NCBI RefSeq assembly: GCF_006345805.1
Contig: NC_043007.1
Span: 60,636,001-60,700,000 of the forward strand
Source: Octopus sinensis
Taxonomy: Eukaryota
Length of the DNA stretch: 64,000 bases
Reading direction: 5' to 3'
This document shows positions 37,105 through 50,236 of this stretch, in pieces. Both the position numbers and the translations under genes were made by a program. Numbering within the stretch: the first letter of the stretch is position 1; each line of letters begins with the position of its first letter. The notes under the pieces are model-generated. The model did not search any database. It worked only from the letters and a program-made list of their open reading frames with translations, and was not told the origin of the DNA.

Positions 37105-39479
37105 ACCAGTCTCTTCTCTTCTTTGTCTCTCACTTTGGCAGTCAGGAACACACTGAAAAGGAATATGTTTAAGATATGATCTGAAATATCATCCTTATCA
37201 TTTAACATCTGTTTTCCATTCTAACGTGGGCTGGATGGCTTGACAGATTCCATAAGTCTGTTTTGGCTTGGTTTCTACAGCTGGATGCCATTCCTAGGGC
37301 CAACCACTTTACAGAGTATATTGGGTGTTTTTTGAGAAAATTATTAAAATATATATGGGAGAAGCATTAAGAACAGTATCATTTTTATCATCATCATTGA
37401 ATGTCTGTTTTCCTTGCTGACATAGGTTGGACTGTTCAACAGGAACCCATGAACCAAAGGACAGTGCCAAGGTTCAATGTCTGCTTTGGAATAGTTTCTA
37501 TGGCTAGATGCCCTTCTTAATACCAACCATTTTACAGGATGCTGAGTACTTTTTTTTTTTATCATAGAACCTGCACTAGTAAGGTCACTGAGTAACTTTA
37601 CAAGACAAGATCTGTTAACTGAGTAGAGATGTTAAAGGAAATGGCTTTATGCCAGGTGTTGAGAGGTTAAAATATGATAGAAGGACAGAAACAAGTTTCT
37701 TGCTATAGAGGAAATACATGATTACTCCAGTTGGGAAAAAAGATATGTTGGTGATGAGAAATCAGGGTTACTTTCAAGGTATAAGAAGGTGAATATAGGG
37801 GAAAGTGGAACAGAGGATAGGACAGGTTGAGTGGGTAAGTTCACCAGAGTGTGAAAGGAGAGTTGCTGGTGGATAAAGATGGGGATAGGAGTGAATGCAG
37901 TGACTGGTGAGTATGGGTTGAGGTGTAGTCAATGGTTACAATCAGTTCAGAATAAGGCAAAGGAAATAGGAGCAGGTCAAGGAGGTAATATGCATGTGGG
38001 TGTAAAGCAGCAAGCTGGCAGAAATGTTAGCATACTGGGCAAAATGCTTAGCAGTATTTCGTCGTCTTTACGTTCTGAGATCAACTTTGCCTTTCATCCT
38101 TTCAGGGTCGATAAATTAAGTACCAGTTTCTATGGTAATTGACTGCCCCCTCCCCCAAAATTTCAGGCTTTGTGCCTAGAGTAGAAACGAATGTGTATGG
38201 GTGTGTAAGAGAGATGGTCAGGTGTATAGGAGTGAAAATAGTGAGTGAAGGACCAAGGTAGTGGGCGCTGTTGTTGACAGATGTGGGAGGGTATACAAGA
38301 GAAAGTGGGAGCAAAAGAGAGGGGAATTCAGTGGAAAGTAAGGTGGTAAGGGATGAGATTGAGAATACTGGTAACAAAAGGAGGTGGTTCCAATGAAAGT
38401 GATAACTAGTAGCGCAAAAGGGGGATGAAATATGTACAGTTGTATTCTCATATAGTTACAGCAACTGAGTGAACAATACTGCAATCAGAAGGGTGGGCAT
38501 TAAGGAGAGGAGTTGTGAGGAAGAGACCTAGCACAAACAGACTGGGATGAGGCCCTAAAAGCATATAAATAATATACTTTTAGGGCCTCATTTTTACTGA
38601 GATGAGCAGGTCTTCTTGATCACTATAAATCACCAATCATCTAGGTCCTTTGAAATCTCTTCTATGAGGTTCAACACCTTGAAGTCAATCTTCACTACTT
38701 TATCCCGCATCTTCCTGGGTTTCCCTCTAAGGTGCAATTATTCCATATAGATGTGGATTCATTTATTGTATGTCAATCAATTACATAGGTAAAAATGGAG
38801 ATACTGACAAAGTGATTGTTGAGTGAACTCTGAGTATCAGGAATCATGGATATTTATGATTCACTGAACCAATGCTTGTTTCTGTAGCTTTAATGGGATG
38901 AGAGCTAAGTCTCACCATGGACAGGACACCAGTCTATCATTGCTGTCTTTTCCTACGAGAGAAATTTAAATCAACGCTGGAGTTTAACAAATCTAAGTGA
39001 GCTGTCTAGTTTGTATTGTGGATGATGTCCATGTGTAGAATACTAAAGTGAAGTGTAGAGTCACACACAGATGTGCTGTCATTAGTATGCAAAAGAAAAA
39101 ATGTATGAGACATAATCAAACTTCGGGGTTCACCAGAGTTCATAGAATATGGATCAGAGACAACCCTGGAAACACATGAAGCAATATGACTCTCCAGTGC
39201 TACACCACATACTAACACTCCCTAACCTTATATACACACACATTTACAAAAATCAAAGAAACTTGATGTATTATATACAACCAAGTTCCTCCAAATCACA
39301 CCATACCATCTTACATTAAGAAAGTGTAGCGGACTCTCTCTCTGTTATATATATATAAGTACAGATGTAGTAGATAACAGCTAGCCTTTGGCTGCCCTTT
39401 TGGACCCTGTTGTGTCCACTACTCTGATTGATTGGTTGGTATTGGTGCAGTTTGTCTCTTGCTCTGTTTCGCGCCAATG

Positions 39480-39920
39480 TGCAACCCAACCAATCGAAGC
39501 CTTCTGATAAGGTCATGTGAGACAGTCTCTTCCAAACATCCGGTGAGCCGATAGCATGATATAAAATGGTAGCTTCAACACCATCTGGATGTCTTTCAGC
39601 TCCAGACCTTTTTAGGTCTAGCCACTGACTACACAGGGCACAGCCAATCCCAGCGACAACACAACAGCAGCCACATGGAGATGCAGCAACACTCTTCCAA
39701 CAGCATACAGCAGTCACTTTCTTCATCACTTCTGTCATCTTAACATTGTCAACATCTCTCTTCATACACAGCAGCACTTGCACAGGTTCTATCTCGGCAC
39801 TGTTCGTGAATTACTTCACCATGGTTAACAGCAAGTACAACCTGCGAGAACCTTCTGTACCAAGTAGCCATCTCTGCATAGTAGCCATAGCTTCCCACAC
39901 GACATGTGCCTCAATTGGTT
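39480..39920 (+). mobile_element. Probable degenerate Ty3/Gypsy RT-RNase H remnant
   Basis: Across frames with stops: GHV, then QLQTFLGLAT (resembles LQ.FLGL..Y), then a DAS..G-like and an ASRTL-like segment in the expected order. Confidence 0.45.
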
Positions 39921-40360
39921 CTTAATTGCAGCCTCAACTTCTTGTTACAGCACTTCAACTATCGTGCACTTTGACTACGAACTGGTATTTATCAACCTTG
40001 TGTCTGAACATTCTTCTAGCGTCCTATTATAGACTCTTTCAATACTCTGTATTTTATGCACAGACATACACACTTTGTATACAGACACCCTGTCTATTAT
40101 TATGCATATATGACGCACACACAGACACATATTAACCTATCAATAAAATCTTTCTCTTAAACATTCTATTGGTTGTCTCTCTTTTCCATGGTGTATTAAA
40201 GGAGCTATTCTAGTCACCTCTCCTTCGCACGGTCCTTCTACAAAAGCATACATTAGCTAATGTAATTCTATATATGTGAAAAAACAATACAAATATAGAA
40301 GCTAGCAGCAAACCACCCAAAGAATGTTTTTTCCTACTTGTATATAACAATCGTAGTTGA

Positions 40361-40749
40361 AACTAGAAAAGCACTCTGAGAGTGCAGACCTCTGCCAAGC
40401 TCATTTTAAGATAGATACGCAAGTAAAATTAATAATGGAGAAACGAAAATAAACTTTGGAAACAGCAACGTCACCATAGGTTATGTACGAGGAACGTGTT
40501 TTCAAGGGAGATAATTAAAGAACGTAACAATACTTCATGTAAAGTAAATATAACAAATGAAACATCGTTCAAGAATCCATAAAAATTCCAAGGATCATTA
40601 CCAAAATTTCATCCTCTGTTCCTTGTGTCATTACCAACTTTTCCTGCAAGTTTCATCAAATACCGTTCACAACTTTTTGAGTTATTTTGCACACAGACGG
40701 ACAATTCAACGCCAATGAAAACATAACCTCCTTCCTTGGTGAAGGTAAT
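40361..40749 (-). mobile_element. Helentron-associated non-autonomous element (HINE/DINE-1-like)
   Basis: Minus strand begins ATTACCTTCACCAAGGAAGGAGGTTATGTTTT and ends TTGGCAGAGGTCTGCACTCTCAGAGTGCTTTTCTAGTT: short subterminal IR plus terminal hairpin GCACTC-TGA-GAGTGC (40371-40385). Confidence 0.75.
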
Positions 40750-40822
40750 TAGTGCAATAACTTTTTTAGATATCCATAAATATTGTATACATCTTTCATT
40801 TGTTTCGGTCATTAGACTATGT

Positions 40823-41055
40823 ATTTCTTTACTACCCACAAGGGACTACACACAGAGAGGACAAACAAGGACAGACAAACGGATTAAGTCGATTATATCG
40901 ATCCCAGTGCGTAACTAGTACTTATTTAATCGACCACGAAAGGATGAAAGGCAATGTCGACCTCGGCGGAATTTGAACCCAGAACGTAACGGCAGACGAA
41001 ATACGGCTACGCATTTCGCCCGGCGTGCTAACGTTTCGGCCAGCTTGCCGCCTTA
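40823..41055 (-). mobile_element. SINE family 1, CpG-rich copy upstream of DcpS
   Basis: Reverse complement reads AAGGCGGCAAGCTGGCCGAAACGTTAGCACGCCGGGCGAAATGCG...GTTCAAATTCCGCCGAGGTCGAC. Confidence 0.88.
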
Positions 41056-41659
41056 TGGCCATGCTGGGGCACTGCCTTCAAGAATTTTAGTTGAACAAAT
41101 TACTTTTTTTAGTTGAACAAATTACTTTTTTTTAAAAACCTGGTACTTATTCTATTGGTATCTTTTGCCAAACTGCTAAGTTACGGGAACGTAAAGACAT
41201 CAGCATTAATTGCCAAGCAATGGTGGGGAACAAAGACACAGACACACTCTCTCTCACTCACTCACTCAGTACATTTTCAGTTTCCACTTATCAAATCCAC
41301 TCATGACGCTTTGGTTGGCCGATGGTTATAGTAGAAGATACCAGCTTAAGATGCCACGGAGTGGGATTGAACCTAGAACCAAGTGGGTTACGGGCGTTTT
41401 TACGTACATATACCGAAAGATCACCCATTAAGGTAAATCGAACAAATTTAATATGACTGTGTGGCATGGCTGGACATTTCAAATACAGTTATAATATAAT
41501 AAATATTTCCTCTAATAAATTTAATTAGCTAGACTAAATAAACAAATACTACATTAAAAGACACCTAGTAATGATTTCAGGCATTGAGATCGAACCCGGG
41601 ATCTCCTGATTATGAAATATGCTAATTAACTATTCGGCCATGATTGCGTATAAAGAAAG

Positions 41660-41975
41660 ATGGCGGAGAGTGGAGAACCTGCTTCAAAGAAACAGAAAGT
41701 AGAAGAGTTTAATAAAGTTAAGAAAGATCTAAGTAACTTTCAAGTCATCAAAGTTTTAAGAGAAGATGCTGCCAAAAAGCTTTTGGTCGTCGAAGGTAGA
41801 ATACAAGACAGTTCTGATGAAACTAGCAACGAAAACAAAGCCGTATTGTTTCTTGAACGAAATCCAATAAATATCGAATATGCCAAAGAATTAGTTCTTT
41901 CAGATCATATGGATGTCAGCTTCCGCAACGATTGTTATTATTCTTTATTGTTGGCGCCTTCTAAACCAAGTTACG
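41660..41975 (+). CDS. DCPS: m7GpppX diphosphatase (scavenger decapping enzyme), exon 1
   Basis: ATG at 41660; MAESGEPASKKQK (NLS-like)...FQVIKVLREDAAKK...AVLFLER...FRNDCY, resembling the DcpS N-terminal domain; G|GTAAA donor, phase 1. Confidence 0.88.
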
Positions 41976-42631
41976 GTAAAACATACCATTCATTTATTTT
42001 AAATAGATATTTTCTCGATATATTATTCGCCGTCATTTTCATGATTTTATTTTTGCATAAATATGAAAAAATAGGTGCAACTTGAAGAAAAGTATGAGAC
42101 CAGTAAGAGAATAAGTTATCCTCGTGTTTATAGTTCTAAATTCAAATTGGTGTATGTATGTGTATTTGTGTGGTTTTCTAGGAGTCGGTGTTTCGCTATA
42201 TGCATGTATGTAAGTTCACAATTTTAACTTTTATCATCCAAATTAGCGAAATTTCATCTCTCAGAGAACTAACCAACAACGAAATAGACATATATAGGAC
42301 TGTATTAAAAGACCAATTTGAATTTAGGACCGTAAAAGCGAGGATACCCCCTGAAAATGCAATAGCATAGCTGATATTTGGAATTTTCTTAATTTCATTC
42401 CTGCATACAAAAGTAAACCTTCAATAATTTCGTTTTTCCCGCTCGTTGAATGTCACTACTTTATTGACCGTTATTTTGTAAAAAGTCAACATTTCTTTTC
42501 TTTTGGGTATTTTTTACAAGGTTATGTCATAATATTTTCTGAAAATTTTATTAGATGCTTATTTATTGTTTTTTTTTTTTACGGCGGCAAATTTCTCTTT
42601 CTCTCTTCACACTGTGACTCCTTTGGTAACG

Positions 42632-43514
42632 GGCATAACTACATACCCTCTCACCCCCACCCCGACTTTGTTGCCTCATAACTTCCAGAAAAATGGATAC
42701 TTTTTAACGAAACTGTCAACAAATAATCGCTTAGATTCTGTAGATTGTGTTTATATAAAGATTTGTTGGAAAAAAATTTTCCGAAGAGTTAAGGAGAGGA
42801 GTTTTGGAAAATTCACACGACCCGACATTTCCCACCCTCCTAACTTTCAGGAAAATGGGTATTTTTTAATGAAATATTTTATACAAACACCTTTCAAACG
42901 GTGTAGATTACGATTACAAAAAAATTTGAAGGCAAAATTTTTTGGAAGGTTGTGTGTGTGTGTGGGGGGGGGGGTTCGGATCAGACGACCAACGTAAGTT
43001 GGAAATTCTCCGTCTTGACGGGGATCTTTTCAGCACAGTCTTCGGAATGATGGGAGGCATCTTTTCACGAAAACTAAAATATTATTATTATTTTTTTTTT
43101 ACTCTCACCAAGTCTGGACCGGTTTTGACAATTTTTTTCTTCACTACACACTAACCGTGAGAGAAACATTTTTGATTAAAAAAAATTAATAATTTCAGAG
43201 GAAAATGTGTGATTTAAGGGCGATCCTGCTAATCTACACCGTTTGAAAGGTATTTGTATAAAATTTCATTAAAAAATACCCATTTTCCTGAAAGTTATGA
43301 GGGGGAAAATTTCGGGTCGTGTGAATTTTCCGAAACTCCTCTTCCTAACCCCTCGGAAAAAAATTTTCAAACAAATCTTTACATACACTCAATCTACAGG
43401 ATCTAAGCGATTATTTGTTAAAAGTTTCGTTGAAAAGTATCAATTTTTATTTTTGGAGGTTCATAACCTCCAAAAATAAAAAAGTCGGGGAGGGGTATAC
43501 ATCTGTAGTTATGC
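42632..43514. mobile_element. Mutator-like (MULE) non-autonomous element in DcpS intron 1
   Basis: About 280-bp imperfect TIRs (about 42632-42915 and 43230-43514) starting GGCATAACTAC / GTAGTTATGC. TTGGTAACG is directly repeated on both flanks (42623-42631, 43515-43523), an 8-9 bp TSD. Confidence 0.8.
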
Positions 43515-46261
43515 TTGGTAACGAATGCTTTTCTATTAATTTGTTAATGAATAAAAGTGTGGCAACGAATGATTTCCTTAGATAAAAATTTACCAAAATT
43601 ATTTTAAAACTCATGTTACGAAATTTTCTCCGACGGGTTTGATCATTTTGAGGGGAAAAGTATTAGCTAAAAAGTGCGACAATAACAGGCTTAATAACAC
43701 TGATGCCTATTTTCTCGATTTCTATATCTAATATATTTCGAATTAGCTCCGATTGTCCAGGGTTGTTCGTCAATTGGAGACTAGATTAGATCAAACACCG
43801 TGTCACCAATCCACCGTCTTGTAAATGTTATACACACCGTTTATTTAGCAGGTGGGTGACTGGATCATTTATTTGCAAAAGAGCTAATTCTGTTTACGAA
43901 CAGCTTGGAGAATAAATGGAATTTAAAACTAGCGAAGTTGGACCCGAATTGTTCAAAAAACGTTCTGGGATTAACATTGTTACGAGACATGGCGAAGATG
44001 CCAACTGAGACACAGTTGCTGCAGGAGCATAATGTGTTGGACTTATGAAGGAAAGTAATTTGTGTTCTCGTGATGAGACTGGCTTGGGGGGGGGGGGATA
44101 TTCATGAAGTCCTACATTAGACAGGAGACCTGATTGTCTAAACATAAACCGATGGATAGGCAAACGGTACTTTTGGATTCTTCAGCAATTTTCACTGAAT
44201 CAGTATCATTATCTACATTTAACGTCTGTTTTCTATGCACAGGGCGACATCAAGTTCTAGTGTCAGCTTTGGTGTGGTTTTTAAGGGTGGATGTCCTTCC
44301 TAAAGCCAACTGCATTACAGTGTGTACTGGGTACTTTTTACATGGCATCAGCAAGGTCCATCAACACACCAGAGCAACTATGAAACTAGCCCATCTCAAT
44401 ATTGACAGCCCTGTTCAGGTAGCCCAACCACCCAACAGGGACTGCCCTAGGCAGATCACACCAACCCTTGACAAGAAACAGCCACCAAAGAACCGAGTAA
44501 CCACATGCATGGGCAGGACAATTAAAACGCCTTCCCAGTTCCAATGACAGTCAACAGTTCTGTGTGGGGAGCTATTTAGGGCAGGATTCATAACAGATGA
44601 ACTGTAGACAGGAATTTCGCTGCGGGCTAGCTGGGGAGTTGGTCTGCAGCGAAGTGGACTTGCAAAGAGAGAAGGGAGACAAAATAATGTTAGCAGTGAG
44701 CGTTAAATGAATCTGAATTAACTAAACAGACTAAACATAAATAATTGGCGACTTAAGCCCTGATGTATGTAAAGTAATAAACCATTGATAAATATATTCT
44801 TGTCTCCACTAGTGTATAGCTAAGTGGGTGGAGAGTATTTGAGAAGGGGCGGTATCTTTATGCCAGTTATTGAAAGGCTAAAGTATGATAGAAAGGCAAG
44901 CACAGGTGTCTTCCAGAAATAACATCAACTGCTTTAATGGCTTTGAGGAAAACAAAAACAATTAGATAGTTTTACTATGTGGATGACATATGAGCATATT
45001 TTTGCAATTTCCCAACTTTATGAGCCCTTTTCCAGGGAACTACACCAATGTATGCAAAATATCAGGTGTGTCATTGAAAATGTCATAAGGTAATAAATAG
45101 GTTCATTACTTATACAAAATTGTCCAGGTAGTTGTTAGGCCAAAATTTAAGATTACCTAAAAAACCCATGTAATTTATGCACTTTTTTCACAAACAAAAA
45201 TAAACTTTAGTGGGTGTGTAAGTTACATGAGTGAATTATTTCCAGATTTTGTTTAGAAATCTTTTTTGTTGAAAAATGACATACAAATTATAAACATTCG
45301 TATGGGAAGTTGACTCATTTAATGTCAGAATAGGTTTTTACAGATATAATGAAGTTGACTTTTATTTATGCTGGACGGTATAATACTTTTTCTGTATAAA
45401 TTTACTAAAACTATTAAATGGTTAACTACTTTTTACTATCGCAATGGAGCCCAGTAATTTCCTTAAATAGATCAATTTTGCTCAACTTAAGAAGTCTAGT
45501 TTGCATATGCCTCCAGGTAGCTAATTGCTCACTTTCTCTGCATTAGGACAATGAAATTCATCACTGCCAACATTGCCACTACTAGCTCTTACTACATCTA
45601 AAGTCGACAACATCATGATTCGTCCCTGCACATTTAAACTCACAAAGCGAATATGACTTAGCATGGATCTAGTCTTTTTCATTCACAAAATTAACCCCCT
45701 TTAATTTTGCTCAGATTGCTTTCAATTTTGGTGTATCAATGCAACTCTGAATTTTGATTATGATCAACTAATTACTTTATCTTATAAATTAAAGAATCTA
45801 ATGTTATTTGGAATTAAAGTTGGGAAATTTGGGTAATTTTAACCAAGCTACAGCTTGTTACCATGACAACTGCATATTGTGTTGTGTTCCACTTGTATGC
45901 TGTGTTGATTCTTCACACCATTGGATTTACTTCACCAGTATGTTCAGTGATTGTTTATTTTTAGAACAACCCTGTAGGGTTGGGGTGAGAGGCTGGATCT
46001 GGTTGGTTTGAACATAAAACTGGTAGACTATTTGGGGTGGATATGGTTGGTTTGAATGCTAAAGGGTTAAAGAAAAATGGTTACAGTTGTTGGCCAATCC
46101 TGATCAATCAGACCTAGAATCAAAGGTGTTTTGACTGTTACCATCCTGTATTTTTTGTATAAGGTATGATTCTGGTTGCTGTTTTCAGGAGTCTGAGAGA
46201 CCACATAGAGACTTGTTATTTTCAGCTGTTTGTTTACATAAGTTTTTTTTTTTCTTTGCAG

Positions 46262-46407
46262 ATGTAAAAGCAACATTTATTAATCCCGCCACAGACTTGC
46301 ACATTACCAAATATACTCAGCAAGAGTGTTTTGTTGTTCATGAAACACCAGAGATATATCAGAAAATTGCTTTGCCAGCCTTAGAAAAGGAAGCCCTTTG
46401 TATAGAC
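46262..46407 (+). CDS. DCPS: DcpS exon 2
   Basis: TTTGCAG acceptor, phase 1; DVKATFINPATDLHITKY...HETPEIY...LP resembles DcpS DVKTTVVYPATEKHLQKY; GAC|GTATGT donor. Confidence 0.92.
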
Positions 46408-47039
46408 GTATGTATTTTATCTTTCTTTTTTTTTCTCCAAGGAATTAATTTGCAGTGTTTTGGCCATGGAATAGCTTCCAGCTCATAAAGAAAAAGTGTA
46501 AAAAAAATACTGAAAACTTAGAACATTTTATATGAAATAGAAATGAAAAAAACCAGCTCTTTAATTTACAAAGAATTATTTTATGATGTTGCTATTTTTA
46601 ATTTATTTTGGAAAAATTTTCATCCAAAACTGTATTAAGACCAATATTGTTATAATTCAGAAGAGTCATGCTAATAAAGTCTATAAACACACTCACACAG
46701 ACAATATAGTTGTTGTGTGTGTAATGAAATAAAAGTGATATCAGTCTCACCATCATGTTCACATGTGACACTGACTTCAAAAACTTGGCAATATCCCTTC
46801 CATTATATTCCATGTCCTTGAAATCTAGCTGATATCTTTGCAAAACTCAGTCTTATCCTGTCTCTCACTCTCTCAAATGTCTCTCATCACTCCTTAGATT
46901 AAGCTCTCTGACCCAACCATTTCTGACCAATTTCTCTCATTTCTACCATCTTAAGGAGTATGGAAACAGTTATAAACAAACACTTCCATCCACTTCACTC
47001 TCTTCCTCCTACTGTAGAACCAAATCCAACACTTATATG

Positions 47040-47660
47040 TCACCCACTAAAAGATCCCTTTCTTTTAAGAATTTTGCTGAAAGCCATGTTGTTACCTTTA
47101 ACACAAGGCTGAATAGAAGTGAGAAGTGATGAAATCGAGGAGGTAGTGCACACAATGAATATGTGCCGAGATATGGATGCTGGAATCTCAAAGACAATAA
47201 GAGCAGAATGGATGGCATTTAAATCAATAAAGGATGTGCTTGGAACAAAGCTAGACAATGCCATATGTGCCAGACTCTTCAGTAGCACCATTCTACCTGT
47301 GCCCTCATATGCAAATAAGATGTGCACTACTACAAAAAGGATTGAACATCGATTGGTTACAACACAAAGGGCTATGGAAAGATCCATGCTAGGAACATCA
47401 CAAAGAGAACACATTCGAAATGAGATTTGAGAATGGAGCCGTGAACAATGTGATCACAGAGTACTGAAAGCACAAGTTCCGTTTGGGCCAGACATGTTGC
47501 AAGATTCACAGACAACAGGTGGATCCATGCAAGGTGCCAAGTAGTATCCAAGAGATTGGAAAGGGCCACCATGATATGGGAAGACAATTTAGTCAAGCAA
47601 TTTGGGTCAAGATAGAAAACAATGGTGCAGTCACGACAAAATTGGAAGTACATTGTTATC
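47040..47660 (+). mobile_element. RTE-clade LINE family C, RT C-terminal fragment
   Basis: RAEWMAFKSIKDVL...RLFSSTILPVPSY...TTQRAMERSMLG, then WARHVAR; typical RTE post-RT motifs. Confidence 0.8.
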
Positions 47661-48143
47661 AGCAGTGTACTATGAATGATATATATTTATAGTCCACTCT
47701 GCAGAGTAGTCAGTGTTAGGAAGGGCATCCAGGCATAAAAACCCTGCCAAAGCAGACAGTAGCATAGGGTAGTTTTTGTACTTGGCCAGTTCCTGTGAAC
47801 TGTCCTACCCATGCATGCATGGAAGATGGACGTTAAACAATGATGATATATGTATATATATGTGGAGGTGCAATGACCCAGTGGTTAGGGCAGCACATTC
47901 GCGGTTTTGATTCCCAGACTGGGCATTGTGTTTATTGAGTGAAAACACCTAAAGCTCCATGAGGCTCCGGCAGGGTGGGGGTGGCGATCCCTGCTGTACT
48001 CTTTCGTCACAACTTTCACTCTTTTTCCTGTAGGCTTGCTTGCTTAGCCAGCGGGGGTGGCATCATGTGAAGGCTAAAACAATGAGAAGTGCATTGTGAC
48101 CAGTGATGTGTAGCAACATCTGATAGCCTGGTCGGTCACGGTG

Positions 48144-48156
<13 letters not shown>

Positions 48157-48240
<84 letters not shown>

Positions 48241-48250
48241 TACACACGCA
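48157..48250 (+). repeat. (CA)n microsatellite. Others: (CA)n 27575-27620; TA/TG mosaics 21465-21670 and 59447-59705; (TA)n 52846-52885; (CT)n 37066-37100
   Basis: Direct reading of the dinucleotide runs. Confidence 0.95.
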
Positions 48251-48254
48251 CAAA

Positions 48255-48590
48255 CTTAGCAAAGACTAAGTAAGGTTTTTGTATGTAGGAAAAAAGATGG
48301 GACCCTGGTGTCTTCAGGGAAATAACTTTGCTCAATATACAGGAAAGGAGTATAAACTCCATATGTTGTAATCAATGTAAGCTATGGGTACATAAGAAGT
48401 GTAGTGGAATCACAGGCAATCTAATAGAGAAAGTAAGCTTTGTGACATGCACTTGAGCAATATGTATTATGAGCAATCAGAAATAGATTCTCTTAAATGT
48501 CCAGATAGCTCACTAGAAGTAGTTGATAGCTTTTTATTACCTAGGTGATGTAATAAGCAGGGAAGGTAGTGGCAACCTCACTAGAGCTGG
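48255..48590 (+). mobile_element. Diverged RTE family A-like fragment retaining the PHD-like insert
   Basis: Across frames: LAKTK, NSICCNQCKLWVHKKCSGITG, LEVVDSF.YLGD. Confidence 0.75.
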
Positions 48591-49137
48591 TGACACACAA
48601 AGTACCCTGTACATGCTGTAAGGTGGTTGGCATTAGGAAGGGCATCCAGCCATAGGAACCATACTAAAGTAGACAGTAGACCACAATGCTGTCCTGGGAC
48701 CTTTCAGATCCTATAAAAACCATTCAACCCCTACCAGCAAGGAACATGGACGTTAAATGATGTTAATAATATATAATAATTATTGGCTATTTTTAATTGG
48801 CAAAAGTTACAAAGGGATTCAAGAGCAAAAGAATTTCATGTGTGGCACTTATCAAACAATGAAATATGTATATGACACACACATATATCTCGATACAGGA
48901 GCAAACAATTCACGAGAAAAATAATTCACAAAAAGTTGATTTGCAAAGATATTATTAATTCTGTTACTATCCAATGTAACTAATTTTTAAAATAACAGAA
49001 TCGCCTATATACATGCATGCATATATTAAATGATTATAAATAAAAATAAATATATAAAATGTAGTAAATTTTAACATGCATGCATGCATACATACATACA
49101 TACATTCTATCTATCTATCTTTTGGTTTTCTTTTCAG

Positions 49138-49362
49138 TGGGTATATAACATATTGAATAAGAAATCTGAAAAGGAGAGAATTTTATATGAAGACCCAGAT
49201 CCTGAAAAGGGATTCATTTTATTGCCTGATCTTAAATGGAATGGCACTGATATTGATTCCCTGTACTTTGTAGCCATTGTCCATAAACGTAACATTAAAT
49301 CAATTCGTGATCTCAACCAGTCACATTTACCAATGCTCAAGTCTATTCTCACTGAATGTCCT
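49138..49362 (+). CDS. DCPS: DcpS exon 3
   Basis: TTTTCAG acceptor; WVYNIL...GFILLPDLKW...SIRDL...HLPML, hallmark DcpS cap-binding motifs; CCT|GTAAGT donor; phase 0-0. Confidence 0.95.
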
Positions 49363-50236
49363 GTAAGTTGTCCCTTTCTTTCTCTTTTCTTATTTGTCAT
49401 TAGAAGATTAATTAATAAGTGATAATTAATAATAATAATAATTCAGCTGTTTGGAAATATTACAGTATGCCTGACATTTTATATTATTATGGAGTTGTAC
49501 CCCTTCCATATCTGTTATCAATCTGCTATTATCTGTTGAAACCGAATAATTTACATTGTGGTAGTCGGGCAGCCACTAAATTCACACATACATCTTAACA
49601 CTTAAATGGCTAACATGAATGTACCACAAGTTGTATTTCATAATATTTAATTTGATTCATGTTTTGCCATCTTCAAACATTCTGTTGGTTATTTCTTAAC
49701 AGTGTACCAATTTGGTTGGTTCATTTTTCTGTAACCAAACTAGTTAATAAGCTGATTTATTCCAACTGAGTTGGCCTTCTGTGGGCTTCATCAATATTTG
49801 GATGTATTAAATGATTATAAATAAAAATAAATATATAAAATGTAATAAAATTTAACTGATGTAACAAAATTTGTTCAATACCCTCTTTGGGTGCTTAATT
49901 ACATCAAATATGAATTATTATTGAACCAACAGAAATGTTAGTGCTCTGAACAGCATTGTCCATATAGCAATGTTGAACTTGTGTATTTCAAGTTCAAGTC
50001 ATATCAAGGTAAATAGAAATGAACACCAGTTTGCAGTAGAATTGATGTAGTTTACTACTCCTTGACAAACTTGTTGCTTGTTGCTATGTAAACCATCATC
50101 ATTACCTTTGACTCAGCACTTATATTAAATCTTGTACTTATTCTATTGGTCACCTTTGTGAAACCAATAAGTTATGGGTCATAAACAAACCAACACCTAT
50201 TATCAGGTAGTGGTGGGGGACAAAAACACACACACA

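Noticed and set aside
39316-39783. 155-aa Cys-rich minus-strand ORF as a novel gene
   Set aside because: No splice or family signal; the opposite strand shows Gypsy-like RT/RNase H remnants, so this is probably an antisense shadow ORF.
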